7,299 bases of DNA from an uncultured archaeon (lineage in GTDB: Archaea > Asgardarchaeota > Jordiarchaeia > Jordiarchaeales > Jordiarchaeaceae). The stretch spans positions 1 through 7,299 of the forward strand of contig CAZECW010000207.1 of NCBI GenBank assembly GCA_964510585.1. Reading direction: 5' to 3'. Positions 1 through 6,683 of this stretch are shown one piece after another (the stretch's first letter is position 1; each line of letters opens with the position of its first letter). The position numbers were made by a program, and so were the translations under genes. Below the pieces are notes generated by a model, which was given only the letters and a program-made list of their open reading frames with translations, made no database searches and was not told the DNA's origin.

Positions 1-850
1 GATGGAGAGACGGCCTACACTGCCCCAGATGCGGTTCAACACGCTCAAAAGGGGCATGGAAACTACGGGCAGGGACTCAAACGCTACAAGTGCAAAACAT
101 GTGGAAGAACATTCAACGACAAGACTGGAACCCTATTCCAGTATTCCCGACTGAGCCTGAGGGAGTGGTTTATGCTCATCCTCCTCTTTTTAGCCCTGCA
201 CAACTCCATTCTGAGCATAAGCTGGTTTCTGGGCAGAAGCTACATGACCATATTTAGGGCTCTAAAGAAACTCATACTCCACATAGGTGAGGAGATGCAG
301 CCCGTGAAGATGAGTGGAGATGTTGAATGTGACGAACTCTATGTAACCGCTGGTCTTAAGGGAAGAAACAACAGCACGTGTATTAAAAGGTTGGGTCGAG
401 AGCCCCGATGCAGGGGCTTAAAAAGGCGGGGAAGAGGAACCTGGGGTGAGGATAAGCCTCCCATTTTCATCTTGGTTGAGAGGGGTGGTGGAGAGGACTA
501 TGTGCCTTCGAGCGATGTTAGTGGTGGCACTGTGGAGAAAGTTGTGGGGCGGAGGGTTTCTAAGGATTCCACTGTTTACACGGATGCCTTTACCTCCTAC
601 TCTGTCCTGGATGAGTTGGGATACCGGCATGTGGGGGTTAACCACTCGGCGGGCGAGTATGTCAGGGGTGAGGCTCACGTGAATGGATGTGAGAACCGGG
701 GCTCTTATAGTCCGGATGTGGTTTGCGTGTCACAGAGGTGTGTGTAAGGATAACCTGAGGTTCTACATGGTAGCATTTAGGGTGTGTAGAAGTTCGAGGC
801 GAAGGAATCCTGTGGAGGCCCTGAAGGATGTTCTGGCTATGGTTATTTTT
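1..850 (+). pseudogene. IS1595-family DDE transposase, 5'-truncated by the window edge, with two frameshifts
   Basis: Zn-ribbon halves WRDGLHCPRCGS (frame 3, 3-38) and GNYGQGLKRYKCKTCGRTFNDKTGT (frame 1, from ~55). Catalytic motifs VECDELY (D 331-333), VYTDAF (D 583-585) and YRHVGVNHSAGEYVRGEAHVNGCEN (E 691-693). The C-terminal segment (I)VRMWFACHRGVCKDNLRFY...EALKDVL continues in frame 2 from ~701. Frame changes fall at AAAAGGGG 47-54 and GGGG 698-701. Confidence 0.9.
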
Positions 851-900
851 TGGTTTTTGTGGGCGGTGTACTGGGATGCTTCCAAAGCCCTGGAACCAAC
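1..900 (+). mobile_element. IS1595-family insertion sequence, right portion; right boundary approximate
   Basis: Carries the transposase above. The G/T-rich, higher-GC composition gives way to AT-rich sequence at ~880-920. The terminal inverted repeat cannot be fixed because the left end is outside the window. Confidence 0.65.
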
Positions 901-924
901 CCTAAAAAAGGGTCAGCCATCCAC

Positions 925-966
925 AAAATTCTTATTTAAGAGCGGAATATTCTTAATTTGGGGTGA
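925..966 (+). promoter_or_regulatory. Possible archaeal promoter and RBS of the HEAT-repeat gene
   Basis: A-rich 925-928, then TTATTTAA 932-939. RBS GGGTGA 961-966 lies 7 nt before ATG 974. Confidence 0.4.
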
Positions 967-973
967 AAGCAAT

Positions 974-1627
974 ATGCCTTCTAAAAAATCTGGTTATTGG
1001 TATCTTTTTATTGATAGTTTTTTTGGAGATCCATATACTGCATGGCATGATGGTTTAAATATCGAAGCTTTACTTTCACTTTCGCCAGAGGAAAAGGAAG
1101 AGGCTGAGAAATTGTTGCTTGAGAGAGTGAATGAGAATGATACCAGGGCCGCGGTGGGTTTGGGTGAGCTTCGCTCAAAGAAGGCGGTTCCTAAACTAAG
1201 AGAACTTCTCGGTAAGGCTTGGGGCAAAGAGCTTGTGGACATAGCTGTAGCACTCGCCAAAATAGAAGGCGACATGTCTTACTTAAAACACGTTATAGAC
1301 GTTTTAAAAAATGATCCCTCTTGGTACGTTAGACTCGAGGCTGCTTTTAGTCTGCGCGAATTCAATAAACCGGAAGCGAAAGAAATTATGGAGGAAGTCA
1401 CCGAAACGCTGTTTGAAGCAGTGAAGGACCCGGATTACCTTGTCCGCTACCACGCATGTAATTCACTCCTAAGGTTACACGGATTTGAGGAGGAAATCTA
1501 CGAGTTCGATGAAATCTTTGATAACATCGTAAGTCCAGTGGAGGGGGAACCAACTGAGGAAGACTACAAAAAATATGAAACTGCTATTAACCAGCTGCGC
1601 AAAATGTTTGGTGAAAAGGGAAAATAA
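974..1627 (+). CDS. HEAT-repeat (PBS-lyase HEAT-like, alpha-solenoid) protein, ~217 aa
   Basis: Repeated bihelical motifs RAAVGLGELRSKKAVPKLRELL, VDIAVALAKI, DPSWYVRLEAAFSLREF, DPDYLVRYHACNSLLRL. ATG 974 has an RBS. The part of the 683-1627 ORF upstream of 974 is transposase-derived or linker sequence. Confidence 0.85.
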   Translation: MPSKKSGYWYLFIDSFFGDPYTAWHDGLNIEALLSLSPEEKEEAEKLLLERVNENDTRAAVGLGELRSKKAVPKLRELLGKAWGKELVDIAVALAKIEGDMSYLKHVIDVLKNDPSWYVRLEAAFSLREFNKPEAKEIMEEVTETLFEAVKDPDYLVRYHACNSLLRLHGFEEEIYEFDEIFDNIVSPVEGEPTEEDYKKYETAINQLRKMFGEKGK

Positions 1628-1667
1628 GCAACAGAAAAATTAAGCCTTTAGTATTTAAAAACCCATT

Positions 1668-1705
1668 TTCCGCACCCTTGGTTTATTTTTTCTATTTTTG
1701 CGGAA
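1668..1705 (+). terminator. Putative terminator of the HEAT gene
   Basis: TTCCGCA (1668-1674) and TGCGGAA (1699-1705) form an inverted repeat enclosing T6 (1686-1691) and T5 (1695-1699) tracts, 40-80 nt after the stop. Oligo-T tracts are typical archaeal terminators. Confidence 0.45.
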
Positions 1706-1883
1706 TTAAGTCTATACTGGGAATGCTGATCTTACTTTATCAAAAAATTTTTGGAAATCTCAAAATCCCCGCAAGAAACAGGAGCAGAAACTGGTAAAAA
1801 CAAAAAAAATACCAAAAAATTCACAAACGATGCGAAATGTGGGTTAAAAAACTATTTACCATTCAAAAAGGAGGATTAAATTT

Positions 1884-1897
1884 GTAAAGTTTATATA
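1884..1897 (+). promoter_or_regulatory. Archaeal BRE-TATA promoter of membrane paralog 1
   Basis: GTAAAG (1884-1889) followed by TTTATATA (1890-1897). The expected TSS (~1920-1923) sits just before RBS GGGTG 1921-1925. Confidence 0.65.
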
Positions 1898-1931
1898 GTT
1901 ATAGCTTAAATATATTAATTGGGTGTTTGAA

Positions 1932-3179
1932 GTGGGGAAGAGAAGAGGGCAGCTTAGGTCAATTGTTATCCCTGTCTTACTTTTGTCTGGAGGAGTTTTA
2001 TCCTACTTTGTAGGTTTATTTAGGGGTTTTCTGTTTTTATTTGGAGGTGCCTTATTTCAGATTGTTGATTTCAACATTGTTTTCAGTATGCCTTTTTTGG
2101 TTATGGCGTCTTATCCCCATTTTTCTATAGTTTATCTACCTAGCTTCTTCGCCCCCTATTATGGGCTCTCGCCGCTTTCTCTCTGCTTTTTGCTATGTGG
2201 AGTGGCATCTATATTTTTTGCCCTCTTCGGCAGGTATGTTGCAGCCTCTGTATTTGCCTTAGCAGCTCTAATATTTGGATTAACTCAGGTCCTACTGTTA
2301 TTCTCGATTTCTGGCTTTGATCTGACGAGAAGCGGTCTAATTGTTTTGCCCACAAGCCCCACCGGCATAACTCCTAGTGTTGTCTTATTTTTTGAAAAAA
2401 GGATTATTGTCTTAATATTTTCCATAATCCTACTTGGTGCGGGAATCACATATTGTCAGCGTATTCAACACGCTGAAGCTAAAAGGCTATTAGGTGGATT
2501 TGAAGCACCCAGTTTAGAGCATTTCAAAATACTCAAAACCACACAAATAAAGAGGACTCCTATAATTTTGCCACTTCTCATATTTCCTCTTGTAGGTATT
2601 TATGATTGGCTTTTACTACGATTAGAGTTTCCAAATTATTATTACTTCTTGGGCCTGCTTAACTGGTGGAATAATGTATTCTTCGTCAGCTTATTAATCA
2701 CTTTTTACATATTTTCGCTTTCGATTGTGGAAATTTATCGTTACAGTGATTTAAACAAGTTTTTGGCAAAGAGTTACACCTCGATAATTATCAAAACTTT
2801 GGAGAAGAACACCATTTTACCACTTGAAGTGCTTCAGAGAAGCCTTAAGGTGGAGGAAGCAAATAAAAAACATTTTGAGAACTTGATCGATAGGGTCTGT
2901 TCCGAGGCTGAAAAGCTGGGGGATCCCACAGGCATTTATAAGGGTTACGTTTTTTTGGAGAGGTCTCTGGTACAAGTAGCCCAAAGAGAAATTGGGAAGG
3001 AGGGAGAGGCGGATGTTTACAAAATAGCTTCAGAGTTACTTGTTACCCCAGAAATTCTCACAGAAATATACAGGTACTTAACGTTCGCTGGGAAAATTAA
3101 GGGGTTCATGGTGACAAGTGAAGGTTTCTTAACCAAATATGAGTATCACCCCTTCGGACTATTCAGGAGCCAAGATTGA
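1932..3179 (+). CDS. Polytopic membrane protein with C-terminal tandem winged-helix-like domains, paralog 1 (~415 aa)
   Basis: About 6 hydrophobic segments. Motifs GLFRGF, PFLVMASYPHF, HFKILK and YDWLLLRLEFPNY are shared with the two downstream ORFs. Hydrophilic C-terminal ~140 aa. Start placed at GTG 1932 (RBS GGGTG 6 nt upstream); GTG 1923 (leaderless) is the alternative. Confidence 0.85.
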   Translation: MGKRRGQLRSIVIPVLLLSGGVLSYFVGLFRGFLFLFGGALFQIVDFNIVFSMPFLVMASYPHFSIVYLPSFFAPYYGLSPLSLCFLLCGVASIFFALFGRYVAASVFALAALIFGLTQVLLLFSISGFDLTRSGLIVLPTSPTGITPSVVLFFEKRIIVLIFSIILLGAGITYCQRIQHAEAKRLLGGFEAPSLEHFKILKTTQIKRTPIILPLLIFPLVGIYDWLLLRLEFPNYYYFLGLLNWWNNVFFVSLLITFYIFSLSIVEIYRYSDLNKFLAKSYTSIIIKTLEKNTILPLEVLQRSLKVEEANKKHFENLIDRVCSEAEKLGDPTGIYKGYVFLERSLVQVAQREIGKEGEADVYKIASELLVTPEILTEIYRYLTFAGKIKGFMVTSEGFLTKYEYHPFGLFRSQD

Positions 3180-3190
3180 AGATTATTCTC

Positions 3191-3219
3191 CAACAAAAGC
3201 ATTGTTGATCGCATATCAA
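3191..3219. promoter_or_regulatory. Two overlapping palindromes upstream of the paralog 2 promoter, possible operator
   Basis: CAACAA-N5-TTGTTG (3191-3207) overlaps TTGAT-N5-ATCAA (3205-3219), ending 7 nt before the BRE. Confidence 0.3.
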
Positions 3220-3226
3220 ACAAATT

Positions 3227-3240
3227 GAAAAGTTTAAATA
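3227..3240 (+). promoter_or_regulatory. Archaeal BRE-TATA promoter of paralogs 2 and 3
   Basis: GAAAAG (3227-3232) followed by TTTAAATA (3233-3240). The expected TSS (~3263) precedes GGGGT/GGAG and ATG 3274. Confidence 0.7.
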
Positions 3241-3273
3241 TTTAGGGATTAAACAAATTCTAGGGGTCCGGAG

Positions 3274-4341
3274 ATGAAGGGCAGATACTTGGGAAATTTG
3301 GGAGAACGCCGTCTTTTAATACGCATTATGGCTTTTGCAGGGTTTCTGCTCGGTCTGGTTATCTATTTTGAGGGTTTTCTGGCTGGCTTCTTTCAGGCAT
3401 CTGCATTGTATGTTGAGTACTGGGTGTCGTCGGGCACCTATGCTTTAAGTCAATTTTTGCTTTTCGAAACATATCCTAGGTTCCTTTCAATTTTGTCGCC
3501 TGTATTTTTGGTTACTGGAAGGTTTACAACTCTCACTTTCACATTTCTTACTTTTGCATTTGGAGCGTTGGCTTCAATCTTTCTAAGCAAAGTTAGGATA
3601 GCAGTTTTTTGCAGTGTTTCAGCCTCACTAGCCGCCTTCACACAATGCATTTGTATACTGCCATTTGTGGGAGGTGAGCCCTTAGGATTAATGTTTAGTG
3701 TTCCATCGATTTTCTTCATTGCCTCTGTTTCTATTGTGTTTCCCATTTTGTTCTCTTCAAAAAATCTTTACCTTCTTATAATTCCAGCTATGCTCTTTAT
3801 GGCTGGTATGCTAATTCTATTCTTTCTGCAAATCCGCGAGAAAACAGATTTAATTTTGGGGAAGCCCCCAAGTAGCATGCATTTTAAAATTCTGAAATCT
3901 GTTTCATCAGATTTTGGAATAATATTATTATCGCCAATGCTGATATTTCTCTGGGCTTCCTTTTTCCAGATTCAAATAATTCAAAATGAGTTTCCTCACT
4001 ACCCAATTCTCGCCACCTTTGCCCATATTTCTCCTAGTAATGGACCGTTTTTACTTATTTTTTGGATCCTTTATTACCAAATCCTGCTCATTATTTTGAG
4101 AGCTCAAAAACGTGCCTTGGACGGTTTAGCTGGGCAGTGTATAGCTATTCTAGCTAAGGATTGGCAGAAACAGAAGCCGGTTATTTCACTCGCGAAGGTT
4201 ATGGAATTGTTGGGATTGGAATCCGCTGACAGAAGGCTTTTAAAAAATGTGCTTTTCAAAGCCGCCGAAACAGCTGAGCGAGACGGCACTGTTTATTTTG
4301 GAATCATAGGCAACTACATTTATTTTGAGTATCCAAATTAG
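3274..4341 (+). CDS. Membrane/winged-helix protein paralog 2, N-terminal part (TM region plus first WH-like module, 355 aa)
   Basis: Motifs GFLAGF, QFLLFETYPRF, FSSKNL, HFKILK, NEFPHY and GIIGNYIYFEYP align with paralogs 1 and 3. It stops at TAG 4339-4341, about 60 aa short of the paralogs. TTG 3298 (GERR, matching paralog 1 GKRR) is an alternative start. Confidence 0.8.
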   Translation: MKGRYLGNLGERRLLIRIMAFAGFLLGLVIYFEGFLAGFFQASALYVEYWVSSGTYALSQFLLFETYPRFLSILSPVFLVTGRFTTLTFTFLTFAFGALASIFLSKVRIAVFCSVSASLAAFTQCICILPFVGGEPLGLMFSVPSIFFIASVSIVFPILFSSKNLYLLIIPAMLFMAGMLILFFLQIREKTDLILGKPPSSMHFKILKSVSSDFGIILLSPMLIFLWASFFQIQIIQNEFPHYPILATFAHISPSNGPFLLIFWILYYQILLIILRAQKRALDGLAGQCIAILAKDWQKQKPVISLAKVMELLGLESADRRLLKNVLFKAAETAERDGTVYFGIIGNYIYFEYPN

Positions 4342-4535
4342 TGAGGGATAAGCTGCGGGAGCAAGGGGAAGTCAACCTGAGAGAAATGGCATTGGATCTA
4401 CGAGTGGAGCCAACCCTAATGAGACAAATCTGTCGGAGGCTAAAAGGAGGAGAACTGCTTGGAATTGTAAACATGACGAAGGACAAAATGGCAGCAACAA
4501 AATTTTTATTTAAAAGCTCAAAAATTATATTTTGA
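4341..4535 (+). CDS. Paralog 2 C-terminal winged-helix module (64 aa), out of frame with the N-terminal part
   Basis: VRDKLREQGEVNLREMALDLRVEPTLMRQICRRL aligns with paralog 3 AKEKIKRDGQADIEEIAIEIGVNPINLKEAYKKI and paralog 1 AQREIGKEGEADVYKIASELLVTPEILTEIYRYL. The GTG overlaps the upstream TAG (TAGTG). Confidence 0.7.
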   Translation: MRDKLREQGEVNLREMALDLRVEPTLMRQICRRLKGGELLGIVNMTKDKMAATKFLFKSSKIIF

Positions 4536-4549
4536 AGGGGGTAAAAATT

Positions 4550-5749
4550 TTGGAATTCAATTTACCTATTAGAAGGATTGTTTTACTTCTGCTCTCCTTT
4601 GGCTTATTATTCTATCTTTTGGGAAGCTTTTTGGGTTTCTTCTGGTCATATTTCTCATATTTGATTTATTTCTCGGAGTCGAAATCCTTTTATGTTGCGC
4701 CTTTTTCGGTGTTTGAACTTTATCCAAGATTTGTTCTCGCATATTCAAATGTGTGGCCTCCAATATTTTATGAAAAGTTCTCTATGTTTAGCATCATTTT
4801 TTTCGCCGCATCAATTATCGCAATTCTTTCCGCACTTTTGAATAAAACCATGTTGGCCCTAATTTTTTCTTTTTTAGCCTCCGTAGCTCTAATCACTCAT
4901 TATGGTTTGATAGGGTTTTTTGTGGGATTTCAACCAGCGGGTTTTGAAGTAAAATTTACTACGGATGTTGTGGCTGTTTTTAATGTTTTTTATTTGGTTT
5001 TTTCAAGCAAAAACTTGTCTTCAATAATTTTGGCTATTATAATGTATGTTGTCGGTGCGAATTTACTTTCCTTCAAAGTTTATAAGCAGAAGATTGAACA
5101 ATTATCTCTTGCCCAAACTCTTAAACAAAAATTTCAGAAACTTAGATCCATTAATCGATCAAACCGAGCCGCTTTTCCCATAGGATATTTTATATTACTT
5201 TTTTATGCTTGGTATGATTGGCTAGCTCCCCTCGAGTTTCCATATTATAACCCTATCTCACATTTTTGGTTGACCTTTTGGTACGGTTTCATATACTTTT
5301 TTATTTTAATCTCTGTTCCAGCAGTTCTTGAGCATAGGGCAACCATTCAGTCCAGAAAACTACTGGCTGAAGCACTCATACCATTGCTTGAAAGGAAGTT
5401 GATGAGTAATAGTCCTCTGATTCAAATTTGGGACTTTAAAAGTGAGCTTGGACTTGATTCTATAGACAGGGTGGATTTCAGATTAGTTTTAAAGAATTCT
5501 TTGAAGATGATTGGGCAGAAGGAAAATATTCGCTTCGGATTTTTAAGAAATTACTTTTACTTTGTGGAGCCCCTGGTAGATATAGCTAAGGAAAAGATTA
5601 AGAGGGATGGACAAGCAGATATTGAAGAAATCGCAATTGAAATAGGTGTGAATCCAATAAATCTTAAAGAGGCTTACAAGAAAATTGTGAAGAAGAAGAT
5701 GTTTGAAAACGTGAAAATAGTTAGAGGAAAAATTTTGCCAGTCTATTAG
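4550..5749 (+). CDS. Membrane/winged-helix protein paralog 3 (~399 aa)
   Basis: Motifs GSFLGF, PFSVFELYPRF, FSSKNL, YDWLAPLEFPYY, FGFLRNYFYFVEP. Start placed at TTG 4550, after RBS GGGGG 4537-4541; TTG 4532 is the alternative. Confidence 0.85.
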   Translation: MEFNLPIRRIVLLLLSFGLLFYLLGSFLGFFWSYFSYLIYFSESKSFYVAPFSVFELYPRFVLAYSNVWPPIFYEKFSMFSIIFFAASIIAILSALLNKTMLALIFSFLASVALITHYGLIGFFVGFQPAGFEVKFTTDVVAVFNVFYLVFSSKNLSSIILAIIMYVVGANLLSFKVYKQKIEQLSLAQTLKQKFQKLRSINRSNRAAFPIGYFILLFYAWYDWLAPLEFPYYNPISHFWLTFWYGFIYFFILISVPAVLEHRATIQSRKLLAEALIPLLERKLMSNSPLIQIWDFKSELGLDSIDRVDFRLVLKNSLKMIGQKENIRFGFLRNYFYFVEPLVDIAKEKIKRDGQADIEEIAIEIGVNPINLKEAYKKIVKKKMFENVKIVRGKILPVY

Positions 5750-5781
5750 ACCAGCGTCTAAGCAATTTTTAAAAATTTTTC
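5746..5781. terminator. Possible bidirectional terminator between convergent genes
   Basis: TTAGAC-CAGC-GTCTAA hairpin (5746-5761), then T5-A5-T6 (5766-5781), which gives oligo-T on both strands. Confidence 0.35.
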
Positions 5782-6464
5782 AGCTCTATCCCCTTCTTTT
5801 CTAGCCTAAAATCAGTAATATCCAAATATATGGCATCTTCGCGAAGTATCTTCCGGACTCCTGTAATCCCGATTCTTTTTTTGAATATTGGACCGTCGTA
5901 GACAAAAGTGTGATACTCTCCCAATTCTCCTAAGATGTCCACATTTTTGCTACGGTTAATTCTAACCAAATCATCTAGGAAGTCTTGGTCAAGTTTGCGT
6001 CCCAACCATTCTTCCCCCAAAAGTTCCCTTTTAACCATAATTACAACCGCCTCGAAGCCCAATTTGATAAATTCTCTAAAAATATCTTCGGGTTCATTGT
6101 TGAAGAGGGGTGACAGAGCTTTTATTCCCAGTTCTCTGCATACACGCTCAGTCCACTCCTTGTGTTCTGCAACCCACACATCGCCAAAGATGCATCCCCC
6201 TATTCCCCTGGGCTTTAGGTCATTAACCAGCTCCTTGAATCCCTGCTCATAACTCTCCCAGGTAACCTCTTTTGTAACTAGGGGAATCCCAATGGCTTCA
6301 GCCTGAGCCTTCAACAGATCCACGTTGAGTGCATGCGACATAGACCTGCCAAAGCTTGAAACAAAACTCATCAAGTATGAAACCCTAAAGCCGTCACGGA
6401 GAGCACTGTAGAGCGATAGCGCACTCTCTTTACCACCACTCCAAGACACAACAAACTCACACAA
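5769..6464 (-). CDS. Dph6-like (diphthine--ammonia ligase / DUF71 / MJ0570-type) PP-loop ATP pyrophosphatase, ~231 aa
   Basis: VSWSGGKES P-loop, RSMSH, LKAQAEAIGIPL, IFGDVWVAEHKEWTERVC and DILGELGEYHTFVYDGPIF are all typical of the family. Start placed at TTG 6464 (RBS GGTGG 5 nt upstream). Orthology to true Dph6 is not certain, so no symbol is given. Confidence 0.88.
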   Translation of the reverse strand: MCEFVVSWSGGKESALSLYSALRDGFRVSYLMSFVSSFGRSMSHALNVDLLKAQAEAIGIPLVTKEVTWESYEQGFKELVNDLKPRGIGGCIFGDVWVAEHKEWTERVCRELGIKALSPLFNNEPEDIFREFIKLGFEAVVIMVKRELLGEEWLGRKLDQDFLDDLVRINRSKNVDILGELGEYHTFVYDGPIFKKRIGITGVRKILREDAIYLDITDFRLEKKGIELKNF

Positions 6465-6585
6465 CAAAACCACCAACCAAAGACAAAACATAACTCCCAT
6501 AGCACTACCCAAAAAATCCAGAAAGGTAGGAGCTAACCACCAAATTAAGCTTTCTGGTGGAAACCTTCTCCGATTACTATGAACA

Positions 6586-6615
6586 TGTGAAAACGATATT
6601 TCACAGATTCTGTGA
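6586..6615. promoter_or_regulatory. Three TGTGA half-sites forming two overlapping palindromes, possible operator
   Basis: TGTGAAA-N6-TTTCACA (6586-6605) and TCACAGA-T-TCTGTGA (6601-6615). Confidence 0.3.
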
Positions 6616-6683
6616 GGCTATTTGAATAATTGTGCTTCTCTTAGTGCATTTCAGCGTTTCTGTTGTATTTCCACGGAGTTGAC

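Noticed and set aside
418-682. ORFs 418-678 (-) and 446-682 (+)
   Set aside because: Shadow frames inside the transposase, with no recognisable motifs.
121-880. G-over-C skew in the 3' half of the transposase (26 G vs 7 C in 481-540; 15 vs 15 in 121-180)
   Set aside because: Largely explained by Gly/Val/Arg/Glu-rich coding content, so not treated as evidence of chimerism.
683-973. N-terminal 97 aa of the 314-aa ORF as a real HEAT protein N-terminus
   Set aside because: It is the frameshifted transposase C-terminus plus linker. ATG 974 has its own RBS.
994-1275. 93-aa minus-strand ORF
   Set aside because: Ser-rich antisense shadow of the HEAT gene.
1724-1798. 24-codon ORF MLILLYQKIFGNLKIPARNRSRNW in the spacer
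   Set aside because: Too short, with no convincing promoter or other support.
1628-1920. CRISPR or direct-repeat array in the spacers (also 6513-7076)
   Set aside because: Only A/T runs and short dyads are present, with no regularly spaced repeats.
3450-4763. Minus-strand ORFs 3450-3746, 4104-4289, 4304-4486 and 4569-4763
   Set aside because: Antisense shadows of the hydrophobic paralog genes, with no independent coding signal.
5935-6252. 105-aa plus-strand ORF
   Set aside because: Ser-rich antisense shadow of the Dph6-like gene.
6465-6512. Hydrophobic N-terminal extension of the Dph6-like ORF as a signal peptide
   Set aside because: It arises from a G/T-rich tract. Family members start a few residues before SWSGGK, and TTG 6464 has an RBS.
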